From: an uncultured bacterium
Lineage (GTDB): Bacteria > Armatimonadota > Abditibacteriia > Abditibacteriales > Abditibacteriaceae
DNA: 64,000 bases
Reading direction: 5' to 3'
Assembly: GCA_963843795.1 (NCBI GenBank)
Contig: CAWJLW010000006.1
Coordinates: 1,736,001 to 1,800,000 of the forward strand
A model generated the notes under the pieces. The model did not search any database. It had not been told where the DNA came from and saw only the letters and a program-made list of their open reading frames with translations. Numbering within the stretch: position 1 is the first letter of the stretch; each line of letters opens with the position of its first letter. The position numbers and the translations under genes are program-made. Of this stretch, positions 10,168 through 20,435 are shown piece by piece.

Positions 10168-11196
10168 TCAGTTCCTTAACTTTTGAAAACGCACGCGCCG
10201 TCCCGAATGAACACCTGTCCATTCAACACGCAAATCGCGCGTCCACATCCACACCGCGCGCCTGCCTTCCTCGACAATTTGCAAACGTGCCGTTTCAACT
10301 TTGTTCGCTTCGACACTTTCGCCAAACTCGCGCGCCGCCAATCGCAACACGCGTCGCGCCAGCGCTGTGCGCAGAAGCGCTAAGTTCGCCCCATCTAAAA
10401 CTAGCAAGTTTGTTTCACGAAGCAAAACCAAACTTTCCAGCTCGCGCGCTGCGATCTCATCCAGAAAATTTAAATCGTCGCCCAGCAGTTGCGCCGCACG
10501 CCGCGTTTGCCGCGCCAGTCGTCCGCGCGCGCTATTGGCATTCAACAAGTTTTCCATCAGTGGTATCAATTCATGCCGCACGCGATTGCGCAGGTACTTG
10601 CCGTCACGATTGCTACTATCTTCGCGCGTTGCCAAATCTAAAACAGCACAAATCGTTTCGCAATCCTTGCGCGCCAAATCTAAAATCGGACGCACTAATT
10701 CAAGCGACAGTGAATTTCCATCCAGCCAACGCCGATTCTCCATGCCGCGCAAACCACTAACCGCAGCCCCGCGCAGCCAGTGCAACAACACAGTTTCCAA
10801 TTGATCGCTCGCTGTGTGTCCGGTTGCGATACGCACACAATTCTGCTCGCGCGCGATCTCGGCCAACGCTTGATAACGCGCCTCGCGCGCCGCCATTTCA
10901 AACGATTGATTCGGACCGACAAGGACTTGCACCGCGCGCGCAACATATGGAATTTCCCATTTTGCACATATTTCGCGCACCCATTTTTCATCTTCATCGC
11001 TTTCCTTTCCGCGCGTTTGATGATTGATATGGCCGACGACCATTTCGCGCTCGCAATATTTCAAGATAGCCAGCAAAGCCAGCGAATCGGCGCCGCCACT
11101 GACCGCGACCAGCACGCGTTCAGATTTCGGCACACAGGTTTCGATGGCCTTTCGCGTGGCGTTCCAGATTGCGGGCGGCAGTGAAAATGGGGTCAT
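10168..11196 (-). CDS. tilS: tRNA(Ile)-lysidine synthase (short form)
   Basis: AVSGGADS PP-loop, HINHQTR, AREARY, TGHTASDQLET, EDSSN and RNRVRH. Lies upstream of ftsH. Confidence 0.93.
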   Translation of the reverse strand: MTPFSLPPAIWNATRKAIETCVPKSERVLVAVSGGADSLALLAILKYCEREMVVGHINHQTRGKESDEDEKWVREICAKWEIPYVARAVQVLVGPNQSFEMAAREARYQALAEIAREQNCVRIATGHTASDQLETVLLHWLRGAAVSGLRGMENRRWLDGNSLSLELVRPILDLARKDCETICAVLDLATREDSSNRDGKYLRNRVRHELIPLMENLLNANSARGRLARQTRRAAQLLGDDLNFLDEIAARELESLVLLRETNLLVLDGANLALLRTALARRVLRLAAREFGESVEANKVETARLQIVEEGRRAVWMWTRDLRVEWTGVHSGRRVRFQKLRN

Positions 11197-11427
11197 GCAA
11201 GTACTTGCAGCGTTGTTTAAGTCGCGAAAACCAACCCAAATGTACCATCGGAAACGCCGCCGCCGATCAAAAACACATGGACTCTTTACCGCCATTGAGC
11301 ATCCTCGATCTCAAATCGCTACTGCCCGACCCGATACCAATGGCAATTAGTGATAACGCCATTTAATGAATTCCGCTGGATGAAATCGTCGATCAAAACG
11401 AAAGCGCGCACCCAAAAAGCCAAATTG

Positions 11428-12309
11428 TTAGCTCTGCCACGTCTGGCCAGTAATGCGCTCATACGCCGCGAAGTATTTGCTTTGGGTTTGCAGCACAATT
11501 GTTGAAGGCAGCGTCGGCGCGGGCGGCGTTTTGTCCCAATCGAGCGCTTCGAGATAATCGCGCACGAACTGTTTATCGAACGAGTTTTGTGCGCGGCCCG
11601 GCGCATAATCCTCAGCGTCCCAGAAGCGTGACGAATCGGGCGTAAAAATTTCATCGACAAGGGTTAATTCGCCATCGACCACGCCAAATTCAAATTTGGT
11701 GTCGGCTAAAATCAAGCCGCGTTCGCGTGCCAAATCGGATGCGAACTGGTACAAGCGCAGCGAAATCTCGCGCACGCGCGCGGCCATTTCTGCGCCCAGA
11801 ATTTCTTCAGTACGCGCGAAATCAATTGGCGCGTCGTGGTCGCCAATTTCGGCTTTGGTGGTCGGCGTAAAAATGGGATGCGGCAACTGCGAACTTTCTT
11901 GCAAACCAGCGGGCAAATTTTCGCCGCATACGCTTTGCGAGCGTTGATATTCTTTCCAACCACTGCCCGCGAGATAGCCGCGCACTACACATTCGACCGG
12001 CAAAACTTCAGCGCGTTTCACCAACATCGCGCGTCCACGCCATTCGTCGTGATTTGTGAAGGGCTCAGGAAATTCCTTGATATCGCTGGACAACAAATGA
12101 TTGGGCACAATGTTCTGCGTGCGCGCAAACCACCAAGCGGACAGCGTAGACAAGACGCGACCTTTTTCAGGAATTGGTGTGGGTAAAATGCAATCGAAAG
12201 CGGAAATGCGGTCTGAAGCCACGATGATGAAATTGTTACCAGCAGCGTAAATCTCGCGCACTTTTCCGGCGCGCAGCGGCTGAGGAATGGAAGGAGAAGA
12301 CGAATTCAT
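11428..12309 (-). CDS. purC: SAICAR synthase
   Basis: GKVREIY, SDRISAFD, ECVVRGYLAGS, DTKFEFG and DEIFTPDSSRFW. Confidence 0.97.
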   Translation of the reverse strand: MNSSSPSIPQPLRAGKVREIYAAGNNFIIVASDRISAFDCILPTPIPEKGRVLSTLSAWWFARTQNIVPNHLLSSDIKEFPEPFTNHDEWRGRAMLVKRAEVLPVECVVRGYLAGSGWKEYQRSQSVCGENLPAGLQESSQLPHPIFTPTTKAEIGDHDAPIDFARTEEILGAEMAARVREISLRLYQFASDLARERGLILADTKFEFGVVDGELTLVDEIFTPDSSRFWDAEDYAPGRAQNSFDKQFVRDYLEALDWDKTPPAPTLPSTIVLQTQSKYFAAYERITGQTWQS

Positions 12310-12364
12310 ATTCCGTCAGTGTAGCCGCGCACTTTAGGTGCGCTGCAAGTACTTGCAACTAAAT

Positions 12365-12604
12365 TTAGCGTTCGTACCACCACTTTGTCGCAGCCAAAGC
12401 GATGATTAAAAACATTAGCATCGGAATCACAACCAACAGCGGCTCCGACCAAATCGAATTTTGCGCCGCATCTTGGTAACTGATCGCCGCGTTTTTGGCG
12501 GCGCGATGAGCGTTCATCTCCATCACCGAAAGCGCACCAAACATCGTCACCGAAAACAAAGCTCCAATGACAAACCAATGGCCGTGATTGTGGCTGTTAT
12601 CCAT
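12365..12604 (-). CDS. Small two-TM hypothetical membrane protein
   Basis: GGAGG Shine-Dalgarno site before ATG 12604 and two hydrophobic segments. Confidence 0.6.
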   Translation of the reverse strand: MDNSHNHGHWFVIGALFSVTMFGALSVMEMNAHRAAKNAAISYQDAAQNSIWSEPLLVVIPMLMFLIIALAATKWWYER

Positions 12605-12643
12605 TTCGCCTCCTGCAAGTACTTGCACTTCTTATTGTAGCTT

Positions 12644-13123
12644 TTAACGCGGAGAAAGTGGGATGAAATTGGTCGGCGGCTGAAATTCTTTTTCGCCGCG
12701 CAAATGGCGCGCGATACTTTCGATGAGCTGCATACCATCTTCAGTTTCGCGCGCGCTGAACTCGAAAATCTCTTCGCCCTCTTTAGCTTTCAAAACCAGT
12801 TTGCCTGCGCGCACTTCGCCTTCCCAATCGGGCCAGCTTAAAACGCGTTCATTGTCGCCATTAATGAGATGCAAGCCATCTTCATCGACGCCAATCATTT
12901 GCGTTGCCGAGCGGCGCGCCTTGAGTTCTAATTGCCAAGCTGCGCGCCCCAAAAGCCAAACCGTGCCCAAACCCGCGCCAATAAGCACGCTGCGAATCAT
13001 CGCGTCGTTCACGCGCCAAACGATAAAGGCCAGCATCAACAACGCCACCAAAGTTCCAGCGAATTGAATGGCAAAAGCGCGCTGTTCTTCGTGAGCGGGC
13101 GCGAAATAACGGAAGATTTGCAT
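12644..13123 (-). CDS. Hypothetical membrane protein (2 TM plus possible PH-like soluble domain)
   Basis: Two TM helices followed by a beta-rich segment (IGVDEDGLHL...LSWPD). Start uncertain. Confidence 0.6.
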   Translation of the reverse strand: MQIFRYFAPAHEEQRAFAIQFAGTLVALLMLAFIVWRVNDAMIRSVLIGAGLGTVWLLGRAAWQLELKARRSATQMIGVDEDGLHLINGDNERVLSWPDWEGEVRAGKLVLKAKEGEEIFEFSARETEDGMQLIESIARHLRGEKEFQPPTNFIPLSPR

Positions 13124-13225
13124 AGTGCAATTATGCACTTTTGCAGCAATAAATATCAATTGATGAAACGAAAAAAACGCTGCAAGTATTTGCAGCGCCT
13201 TTTCATGATTCTATTTAAATTCGAT

Positions 13226-14326
13226 TTAAAAACCAATCGCACGCAGCACATCGTGGTTACGCGCCGCGACAACGGTTGGCTCGCCACCCACCGCAATCGC
13301 GGTGTTCGGATCTTTCAAACCGTGACCGGTCACGACCGAAACCACAACTGGTTTGCGGCCCAGTTTTTCGCGCGCGGCTTTGAAATATCCCGCACGCGAT
13401 AATTTCGCAATGCCCGCAATCGGTGCCGCGCACGCGGGTTCGCCGAAAACGCCCGACAATGAAGCGGCTTGTTTTTGTGCGCGCAAAATTTCTTCATCGG
13501 TTACGCTGTCGATTAAGCCGCCCGATTCGTCGCGCGCTCGCAAGGCTTCCTCGCCGCGCGCTGGATGACCGATGCGAATGGCCGTGGCAACGGTTTCGGG
13601 TTTATCAACGTTGTGGCCGATGACTAAAGGCGCGGCACCTGCGGCTTGAAAACCGATCATCGTAGGCACAGTGTCGATGCGATTCAGTTCGTGATATTCT
13701 CGGTAACCTTTCCAATACGCCGTGATATTGCCCGCATTGCCGACCGGAACCGCGTGAAAATCGGGCGCGTGGCCGAAGTAGTCGCAGATTTCAAACGCGC
13801 CAGTTTTCTGGCCTTCGATGCGATACGGGTTCAGCGAATTCAACAACGCAATCGGATGCGTAGCGGTCAGTTCGCGCACGATGCGCAGGGCGTCGTCGAA
13901 GTTGCCTTCGATAGCCAAAACTAGCGCGCCTTGGATCAACGATTGCGCTAGTTTGCCCAGCGCGATAGCGTTTTGCGGCAACAAGACCACACAACGAATG
14001 CCCGCGACGGCGCAATACGCGGCGGCAGACGCCGAAGTGTTGCCGGTCGAAGCGCAAATAGCGACTTGAGCGCCCTCTTCAGCCGCTTTGGTAACGGCCA
14101 TCGTCATGCCGCGATCTTTGAAACTGCCAGTCGGATTCGCGCCCTCGAACTTCAGCCATAATTCGATATCGGGCGCAATTTCCGCCGCCAAGCGCGGCGC
14201 GTGAATAAGAGGCGTGTTGCCTTCGTGAAGCGTGATGATTTTCGTATTTTCATCGACCGGCAAATGCGCTCTGTATTGGTGAATCAGTCCACGCCACATC
14301 GGTGGCGCTACCATCTCAACTTCCAT
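13226..14326 (-). CDS. thrC: Threonine synthase
   Basis: EGNTPL, NPTGSFKDRG (PLP lysine), CASTGNT, PVGNAGN and TGHGLKD. Adjacent to hom. Confidence 0.96.
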   Translation of the reverse strand: MEVEMVAPPMWRGLIHQYRAHLPVDENTKIITLHEGNTPLIHAPRLAAEIAPDIELWLKFEGANPTGSFKDRGMTMAVTKAAEEGAQVAICASTGNTSASAAAYCAVAGIRCVVLLPQNAIALGKLAQSLIQGALVLAIEGNFDDALRIVRELTATHPIALLNSLNPYRIEGQKTGAFEICDYFGHAPDFHAVPVGNAGNITAYWKGYREYHELNRIDTVPTMIGFQAAGAAPLVIGHNVDKPETVATAIRIGHPARGEEALRARDESGGLIDSVTDEEILRAQKQAASLSGVFGEPACAAPIAGIAKLSRAGYFKAAREKLGRKPVVVSVVTGHGLKDPNTAIAVGGEPTVVAARNHDVLRAIGF

Positions 14327-14458
14327 TTTTCGTTACCTTTGGTGATCGGAGGAAAAGACGAGGGCACAGTGCCGAGAAAATCTCACTGCAAGTACTTGCC
14401 TCTCGAATAAAAGCCACGCATATGTCTTTTCTTCTCGTCTCTTTCGTTCTATCAATTC

Positions 14459-15748
14459 TCAATCAATGCCTTCCACACGCAGCACCGAAGAGACTTCGCG
14501 CACCGCGTCCGAACGGCTAAATTCGTTCAAACTGCGCGCCATCGCGCGTTGATCGGTCGCGTGCGTCATCCAGAAAATTTCTGCTTCGCCTCCATCAGCG
14601 CGCTTTTGCACGATGGATTCCAGGCTCACACCTTTGTCACCAAAAATCGTGGCGATTTCCGCGACGGCTCCGGGACGATCTTCAACTTGTGTACGCACGC
14701 AAAAACGCGTTTTCACTTCGGCAAAATCTAACACCGGTGCGCTTTCGATATCGGCATTTAAACGCCCACGCGCGCCACAGCCCCAGTTGCGCGCCGCTTC
14801 AATTAAATCGGCTACAATCGCCGAACCGGTCGGTTCGCTACCCGCTCCGCGTCCGTAAAACATCACATCGCCGGTTGCGTCGCCGTGCAGTAAAACTGCG
14901 TTGTATACATCGTTCACATTGGCAAGAGGATGTTCGCGCGGTAACAAAGCCGGATGCACGCGCAGTTCGACTTTTCCATCTGCGTGCTGATGCCCCAGAG
15001 CTACCAGCTTAATAACAAAGCCCAGTTCGCGCGCGTATTCGATATCGCGCGCCTCGACGCCGCGAATGCCTTCTCGGTAAATATCACTGAGAGAAACCGG
15101 TGTGCCAAACGCGATGTCGGCCAGAATCGCCAGCTTGTACATCGCGTCGTAGCCATCGACATCGGCGGTCGGGTCAGCTTCAGCATAGCCCAAATCTTGA
15201 GCTTCTTTTAGGACATCCGTGAAGTTACCGCCCTCGCGCGTCATTTTAGTGAGAATATAATTCGTGGTGCCATTGAGAATGCCCATCATGTGCGTGACGC
15301 GATTTCCAATGAGGCTTTCGCGCAGCGGTTTGAGCAGCGGAATGCCGCCACCGACACTGCCTTCGCACAACACATCGACGCCATTTTCGTTGGCGGCGCG
15401 AAAAATTTCGCCGCCATGTTTGGCAATAAGTTCTTTGTTAGCTGTGACCACGGATTTCCCGCTTCGGATCGCGCGCATCACGTAATCCAAAGCCGGTTCT
15501 ACGCCGCCAATCAGTTCGGCCACGATATGAATGTCGGGATCATTCAAAAGCGCTTCGACATCATCCGAAACCAATTTCGGGTCGATATTCCACTGCGTTG
15601 CGCGCGCGGGCGTGCGCGTGGCAATGCGCTTGACGACGACGCGACAACCGGCACGGGCTTCGAGCAAATCGGCGTGGCGTTGCAGAATCTGCACCGCACC
15701 ACCCGCCACTGTACCCAAACCGATAATTCCAATATTGACTACTTGCAT
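14459..15748 (-). CDS. hom: Homoserine dehydrogenase with ACT domain
   Basis: GLGTV, VTANK, GILNGTTNYIL, GYAEADPTADV and C-terminal DRPG ACT. Confidence 0.97.
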   Translation of the reverse strand: MQVVNIGIIGLGTVAGGAVQILQRHADLLEARAGCRVVVKRIATRTPARATQWNIDPKLVSDDVEALLNDPDIHIVAELIGGVEPALDYVMRAIRSGKSVVTANKELIAKHGGEIFRAANENGVDVLCEGSVGGGIPLLKPLRESLIGNRVTHMMGILNGTTNYILTKMTREGGNFTDVLKEAQDLGYAEADPTADVDGYDAMYKLAILADIAFGTPVSLSDIYREGIRGVEARDIEYARELGFVIKLVALGHQHADGKVELRVHPALLPREHPLANVNDVYNAVLLHGDATGDVMFYGRGAGSEPTGSAIVADLIEAARNWGCGARGRLNADIESAPVLDFAEVKTRFCVRTQVEDRPGAVAEIATIFGDKGVSLESIVQKRADGGEAEIFWMTHATDQRAMARSLNEFSRSDAVREVSSVLRVEGID

Positions 15749-15757
15749 AAAAATTTG

Positions 15758-16285
15758 TTAGCGCACCCAAATTAAAGGCGCGCCGGTTTCGACTAAAGTA
15801 GCATTGGGCGCAGCGATAGAAACGACTTCGCCTTCGATTTCGCTGGTGATTTCGTTAAAAGTTTTCATCGCTTCGACTAGACCGACGACCTGACCGATTT
15901 CGATGCGCTCGCCGACTTGCACAAACGGTGGGTCGGCAGGCGTTTTAGCCTGATAGAAGACGCCGACCATCGGCGAGACAATCGCCGTGCCCAACATTTC
16001 GCTATCGTCATTTTCGGTTTCACTTTCCAGTTCGCCGGCTTCAAAAGCCGCCAAAACGGGTGCACTTGAAAGCGCATCCGAAGCCGCGGGCGTGCTTGGA
16101 AGGGTGCCCGGTGGCACCATAGAAGGGCGGCGCGAACGCAAGTTCAGGCTAATGCCATTTTGCTCAATAAACAGTTCGCTGAGTTTTTCATCGCGCACAA
16201 TGTTGGCGAGTCCTCGCAGAAATTCCACCTGCTCGTCCCAGTCAACCGCGTCGCGTTCGATTCTGTCACTATTATCGCTTGTCAT
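15758..16285 (-). CDS. accB: Biotin carboxyl carrier protein
   Basis: SPMVGVFY and the EAMK biotinylation motif. Confidence 0.93.
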   Translation of the reverse strand: MTSDNSDRIERDAVDWDEQVEFLRGLANIVRDEKLSELFIEQNGISLNLRSRRPSMVPPGTLPSTPAASDALSSAPVLAAFEAGELESETENDDSEMLGTAIVSPMVGVFYQAKTPADPPFVQVGERIEIGQVVGLVEAMKTFNEITSEIEGEVVSIAAPNATLVETGAPLIWVR

Positions 16286-16429
16286 ATTTCACTGTCCATT
16301 TTTGGCGTTAAAAGAGGTCCAAAGCGCACTAAATCGTGTTTGCAAACAAACACAACCTAACAAGAACTCGACAATTGTGCAACGAAAGCGGCTCAAAGCG
16401 CGCTGCAAGTACTTGCAGCGCGTTGCAAT

Positions 16430-19153
16430 TCACAAAATGCTCATACAATCCACATCGACAATCAAACCATCGCGTTCATCTCGCGCCAGTTCATCATACG
16501 CTTGTAGCACACGATGCAGACGCGGTCGGCTGCGGTCGCGCAGCAAAAGATGAAAACGATATTTGCCTTTTACGCGCGCAATCGGGCAACTGACCGGCCC
16601 CAAAAGTTCCGTCGCGCCGCCAGCCTTCATGATTTTGGCTTGAAAACGCGCCGCTAACCGGCTTAAACGTTCGCGCGCGACTTGTTCGTTTTCGTCTTGC
16701 GAAAGCACGTTCACTACATACGACCACGGCGGATATGGCAACTCGCGGCGTTGGGCCAATTCCTGCTCGACGAAACTCGCGTAATCGTGATTTTGCGCCG
16801 TCGTAATCGCGTAATGATCTAGAGACAACGTTTGCACTAAAACGCGCCCCGGCTGCTCGCCGCGTCCGGCGCGTCCGGCGACTTGCGACAACAATTGAAA
16901 CGTCCGCTCTGCAGCGCGAAAATCGGGCACGTTTAGCGCGGTATCGGCGGAAATTACGCCGACCAAAGTGACGTTGGGAAAATCCAACCCTTTAGTCACC
17001 ATCTGCGTACCGATGAGCACCTGCGCGCGACCTTTTCGAAACTGTGCCAAGATTTGCGCGTGCGCGCCTTTGCCGCTGGTTGTGTCGCGATCCATACGAA
17101 GTACTTGCACATGTTCCAAACCGCGCTGCGAAAGCAAACTTTCGATTTCGTTTTGCACTTTTTCCGTGCCGCTGCCGCTGAAATTCATCATCGTGCCTGC
17201 GCACTGCGGACATTCGTGCACAACAAGCTTTTCGTAGTCGCAATGATGACATTTCAACAGTTGCGCGCCTCGGTGAAACGTCAAGCTCACATCGCAATTG
17301 GGGCACTGTTCGACGTGACCGCAACCCAAGCATTGAACATAAGTTGCGAAACCGCGCCGGTTGAGAAAGATAATCGCTTGCTCGCCGCGTCCAATAGTTT
17401 CGACCAACGCGTCCTGTAAACGCTGACTGAGAACCGGCAAAGTGCCGCCCTGCGCTTCTTGGGTCATATCGACAATTTCGATTTTGGGCAAAGGGCGCTC
17501 GGCGAAACGCTGGCGCAAATACAGATGGCCATATTCGCCTTTGGTGGCGCGCTGAAAACTTTCCAAAGAAGGCGTTGCCGAACCCAAAACGACCACGCCA
17601 TTTTCCCAACCCGAGCGTTTGGCGGCCACATCGCGCGCGTGATAACGCGGCGTGGCGTCCTGTTTATAAGAGCCATCGTGCTCTTCGTCGATGATAATCA
17701 AACCGACGTTCTGACAAGGAGCAAAAATTGCCGAGCGCGCGCCGACGACAATATCGGCTTCGCCCGAACGAATGCGCCGCCATTCATCAAAACGCTCGCC
17801 TGCGCCGAGTGCGGAATGCAAAATCGCAACTTTTTCTTGAAATCGACGCTGAAAAATCTCGACAGTCTGTGCGGTGAGGGCGATTTCCGGCACCAAAACT
17901 AAAGCGCGCCGCCCCAAGGCCAAACATTTTTCGATGGCGTGCAAATAAACCTCGGTTTTTCCACTCGCCGTCACACCCTGCAACAAAATAATTTCGGAAT
18001 TTTGCTCGCCTTGCGAAGCCGAAACGCGCGCCATCGCCGCGCCAATTTCAGCCACCGCATGAGTTTGCTCGGTGTTCAGTTCGATGCGCCCCCGATCGCT
18101 GGGCGGCAACCGTGTATAACTGGCGCGCGTTTGTTCGATGCTATCGATGCGCACCAAATTTTTCTTTTCCAGCGCGCGCAAAATCGCGCTGTCAATCTTC
18201 CATTCTTTTTGCAAAGCTGCCATTGGGAACCATTCCGGCGCGCCATCTTGATCCGAGAGTTCGCGCAACTGTTGCAAAGCGGCATCTTGTTTGGGGGCGT
18301 TGCGCGTCAATTTCTCGGCTTCTTCATGGCAAGTCTTTGCAACGGCTTCTGCAAGTACTTGCACCGCCAAAACGCGGCGCGGACGCACGTTTGGATTGGC
18401 CAAATGATCTTCGCTTTCGACAATTTCGGCTCTGATAAGCGCACGCAACGCGTTGGCAATGGCGGGCAATTTCAGCGTTGAACTTTCACCAGTCGCTTTT
18501 TCGCGTTTTTGCAGTTGCTTCAAAATATCTTTCTGCGAAAGCGAGGCCTCGCTATTGAGCAACAGTTGCACAATTTGCGCTTGGCGTGGTGAACGCGATA
18601 AATCGCGCAACACGCGCATGGCATCAGGCGCGCACACGAAATATTTGCGCTCGGACGCCACTTGCCAGCCGCCAGGCACCATACCACCCAGACACTCGCC
18701 CAACGAGCAGTGATAATACGCGCTCATCCAGCGCGCCAAACGCAGCGCGGTGCGGTCAAAAACTGGAGCGCTGCCGGTTGTTTGAACAATGGGGCGCAGT
18801 TGAGATGGCTCGCAATCAACGCATTCATCCAGCAATTCAATGACATAACCAGTGATTTGCTGTGCACCAAACGGTACGATGACAGCCATTCCCGGAACGA
18901 CAGCGGCACGCAGTTCATCGGGAATCGCGTAAGTGAGTTCGCGGCCCAAAGCCGATTGGCTGCGGTCGAAAGCGACCACCGCATACGGAGGCTGCCAATC
19001 TCGCGAACTGCGTGGCGAGGAAGCGGCAGCAGGGAAATGTGGTGAAGTTCTGGGAAAAATTGGTTGGGTATTTTCGCGTGCGGCGCGGCGAAAAACGGGG
19101 CGGCGCGGGGCCGAATCACGCGACATAACTGACCTAATTATAACATTTTGCAT
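16430..19153 (-). CDS. priA: Primosomal protein N' helicase
   Basis: GVTASGKTEVY, DEEH, SATP, four CxxC pairs, GTQMVTKGLDFP and QVAGRAGR. Start uncertain. Confidence 0.97.
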   Translation of the reverse strand: MQNVIIRSVMSRDSAPRRPVFRRAARENTQPIFPRTSPHFPAAASSPRSSRDWQPPYAVVAFDRSQSALGRELTYAIPDELRAAVVPGMAVIVPFGAQQITGYVIELLDECVDCEPSQLRPIVQTTGSAPVFDRTALRLARWMSAYYHCSLGECLGGMVPGGWQVASERKYFVCAPDAMRVLRDLSRSPRQAQIVQLLLNSEASLSQKDILKQLQKREKATGESSTLKLPAIANALRALIRAEIVESEDHLANPNVRPRRVLAVQVLAEAVAKTCHEEAEKLTRNAPKQDAALQQLRELSDQDGAPEWFPMAALQKEWKIDSAILRALEKKNLVRIDSIEQTRASYTRLPPSDRGRIELNTEQTHAVAEIGAAMARVSASQGEQNSEIILLQGVTASGKTEVYLHAIEKCLALGRRALVLVPEIALTAQTVEIFQRRFQEKVAILHSALGAGERFDEWRRIRSGEADIVVGARSAIFAPCQNVGLIIIDEEHDGSYKQDATPRYHARDVAAKRSGWENGVVVLGSATPSLESFQRATKGEYGHLYLRQRFAERPLPKIEIVDMTQEAQGGTLPVLSQRLQDALVETIGRGEQAIIFLNRRGFATYVQCLGCGHVEQCPNCDVSLTFHRGAQLLKCHHCDYEKLVVHECPQCAGTMMNFSGSGTEKVQNEIESLLSQRGLEHVQVLRMDRDTTSGKGAHAQILAQFRKGRAQVLIGTQMVTKGLDFPNVTLVGVISADTALNVPDFRAAERTFQLLSQVAGRAGRGEQPGRVLVQTLSLDHYAITTAQNHDYASFVEQELAQRRELPYPPWSYVVNVLSQDENEQVARERLSRLAARFQAKIMKAGGATELLGPVSCPIARVKGKYRFHLLLRDRSRPRLHRVLQAYDELARDERDGLIVDVDCMSIL

Positions 19154-19185
19154 GACTGTTCCGCTTCATTCCGGCAAAAAGCAAA

Positions 19186-19228
19186 AAAGCGGCCCTCAAG
19201 TACTTTTTCAGTACTTGAGGGCCGCTTT
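19186..19228 (-). terminator. Terminator hairpin whose stem ends in two half-copies of the palindrome
   Basis: AAAGCGGCCCTCAAGTACT-TTTTC-AGTACTTGAGGGCCGCTTT downstream of 19265..20338. Confidence 0.75.
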
Positions 19229-19264
19229 ATCGAAAGGCATTGGTTAACCCAACGCATCAATTTT

Positions 19265-20338
19265 TTACATTTTGCCGTCGGTGGTGCCCATCGAATCGGA
19301 ATTCGGAGCCGCCGTCGCGCCCGTGTTGTTGGGGTCGTAGGTGCTGTATCCCATTTTGCTCGCTGATTTTTCTTCGTCGGAGCCACCGATATTCAATTTC
19401 AGCAGCGACGAGCTACGGGTTTTGTCCATAGCGGGAATGCCGACAGCGCCCACAGCGCGACCATTAACAACCAGAACGTTGGCTGCAATGCGCTGAGAAT
19501 AACGCGAAATCGTGCCATATACTGGCGCTTCAGGATAACCGACAACTTCAACAACAGCGCCTTTGAACAGCGGCGTCACACGACGCGTGCCAATACCACC
19601 CGGATTGACGTGACGTTCGGCAAGAGGCACGCGCACCAGCACGTCGCCTTCACCCATCATCATTTTGTTGGTCATCGCGGCTTCGTCCATCACCATAGTG
19701 CTATTCGACATTGTGGTGTCGCTGGCCATCGCTGTGTCGCTTTTCATCGTATCTTTGGACATTTTGCCCATAGCATTCTTCAACTTGACATCGCCTAAAA
19801 CCAAGCCCAAGACTTCACCAGTTGGGCTTGTCACAGTGTCGCGCAACACGCCGGTGAACTGAGCCAGACCGCTGTTGGCCATAATCCACGGTTCAGCGTT
19901 AAGAAGATACAAGTCGGTGGGAACATTCGTAGGCTTTGTGAAGCCGCCAGCGGGCATGGTGTCGCCCATACCAACAACATCATAACGGGTCATGCCCATC
20001 GAGTCGCTGCCGGTCACATAAACCGAAGCTTGGCTACCAACTGGATAAGTCGAATACAAACGCTGGCCCATACCGGGAGCAAAACGCACCATTTTTACGC
20101 CATCCGAACCTTGTACGTCCATCGCAGTGACATATCCAGCACGATCAACGTAGTAACGCAAAACAGTTCCAGTAACTTGCGTCGGCGACATCATCGAACT
20201 TGACGACATCATCGCATTGTCCTGAGCCTGAGCGCCCGTTACGGGAGCAAAGGTCAAAGCGCCAACAGCAGCGCAGCCCAACAAACGTCCAATCGTCTTT
20301 TTCTGCATAATCATGTGTGCCTCCAAGGTTTCCTTCAA
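19265..20338 (-). CDS. Secreted methionine-rich hypothetical protein with two repeated beta-rich domains
   Basis: Signal peptide ending AQAQ, two similar segments (VTGTVLRYYVDRAGYV / FTGVLRDTVTSPTGEV) and a Met-rich linker. Confidence 0.75.
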   Translation of the reverse strand: MKETLEAHMIMQKKTIGRLLGCAAVGALTFAPVTGAQAQDNAMMSSSSMMSPTQVTGTVLRYYVDRAGYVTAMDVQGSDGVKMVRFAPGMGQRLYSTYPVGSQASVYVTGSDSMGMTRYDVVGMGDTMPAGGFTKPTNVPTDLYLLNAEPWIMANSGLAQFTGVLRDTVTSPTGEVLGLVLGDVKLKNAMGKMSKDTMKSDTAMASDTTMSNSTMVMDEAAMTNKMMMGEGDVLVRVPLAERHVNPGGIGTRRVTPLFKGAVVEVVGYPEAPVYGTISRYSQRIAANVLVVNGRAVGAVGIPAMDKTRSSSLLKLNIGGSDEEKSASKMGYSTYDPNNTGATAAPNSDSMGTTDGKM

Positions 20339-20435
20339 AATTCGGTCTTAATTGGTCGATCTTAATTTTTAATAAGACCAAGCCAACTCCACCGCAAAAG
20401 CAAAAGCTATGCCAAAGGAAACAAATGGCGCATTT

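Noticed and set aside
11197..11295. N-terminal extensions in the ORF track for tilS, folP, rluB, ygfZ, the 23393 hydrolase and DoxX
   Set aside because: The extensions run through intergenic palindromes or neighbouring genes, and downstream starts fit the family N-termini better.
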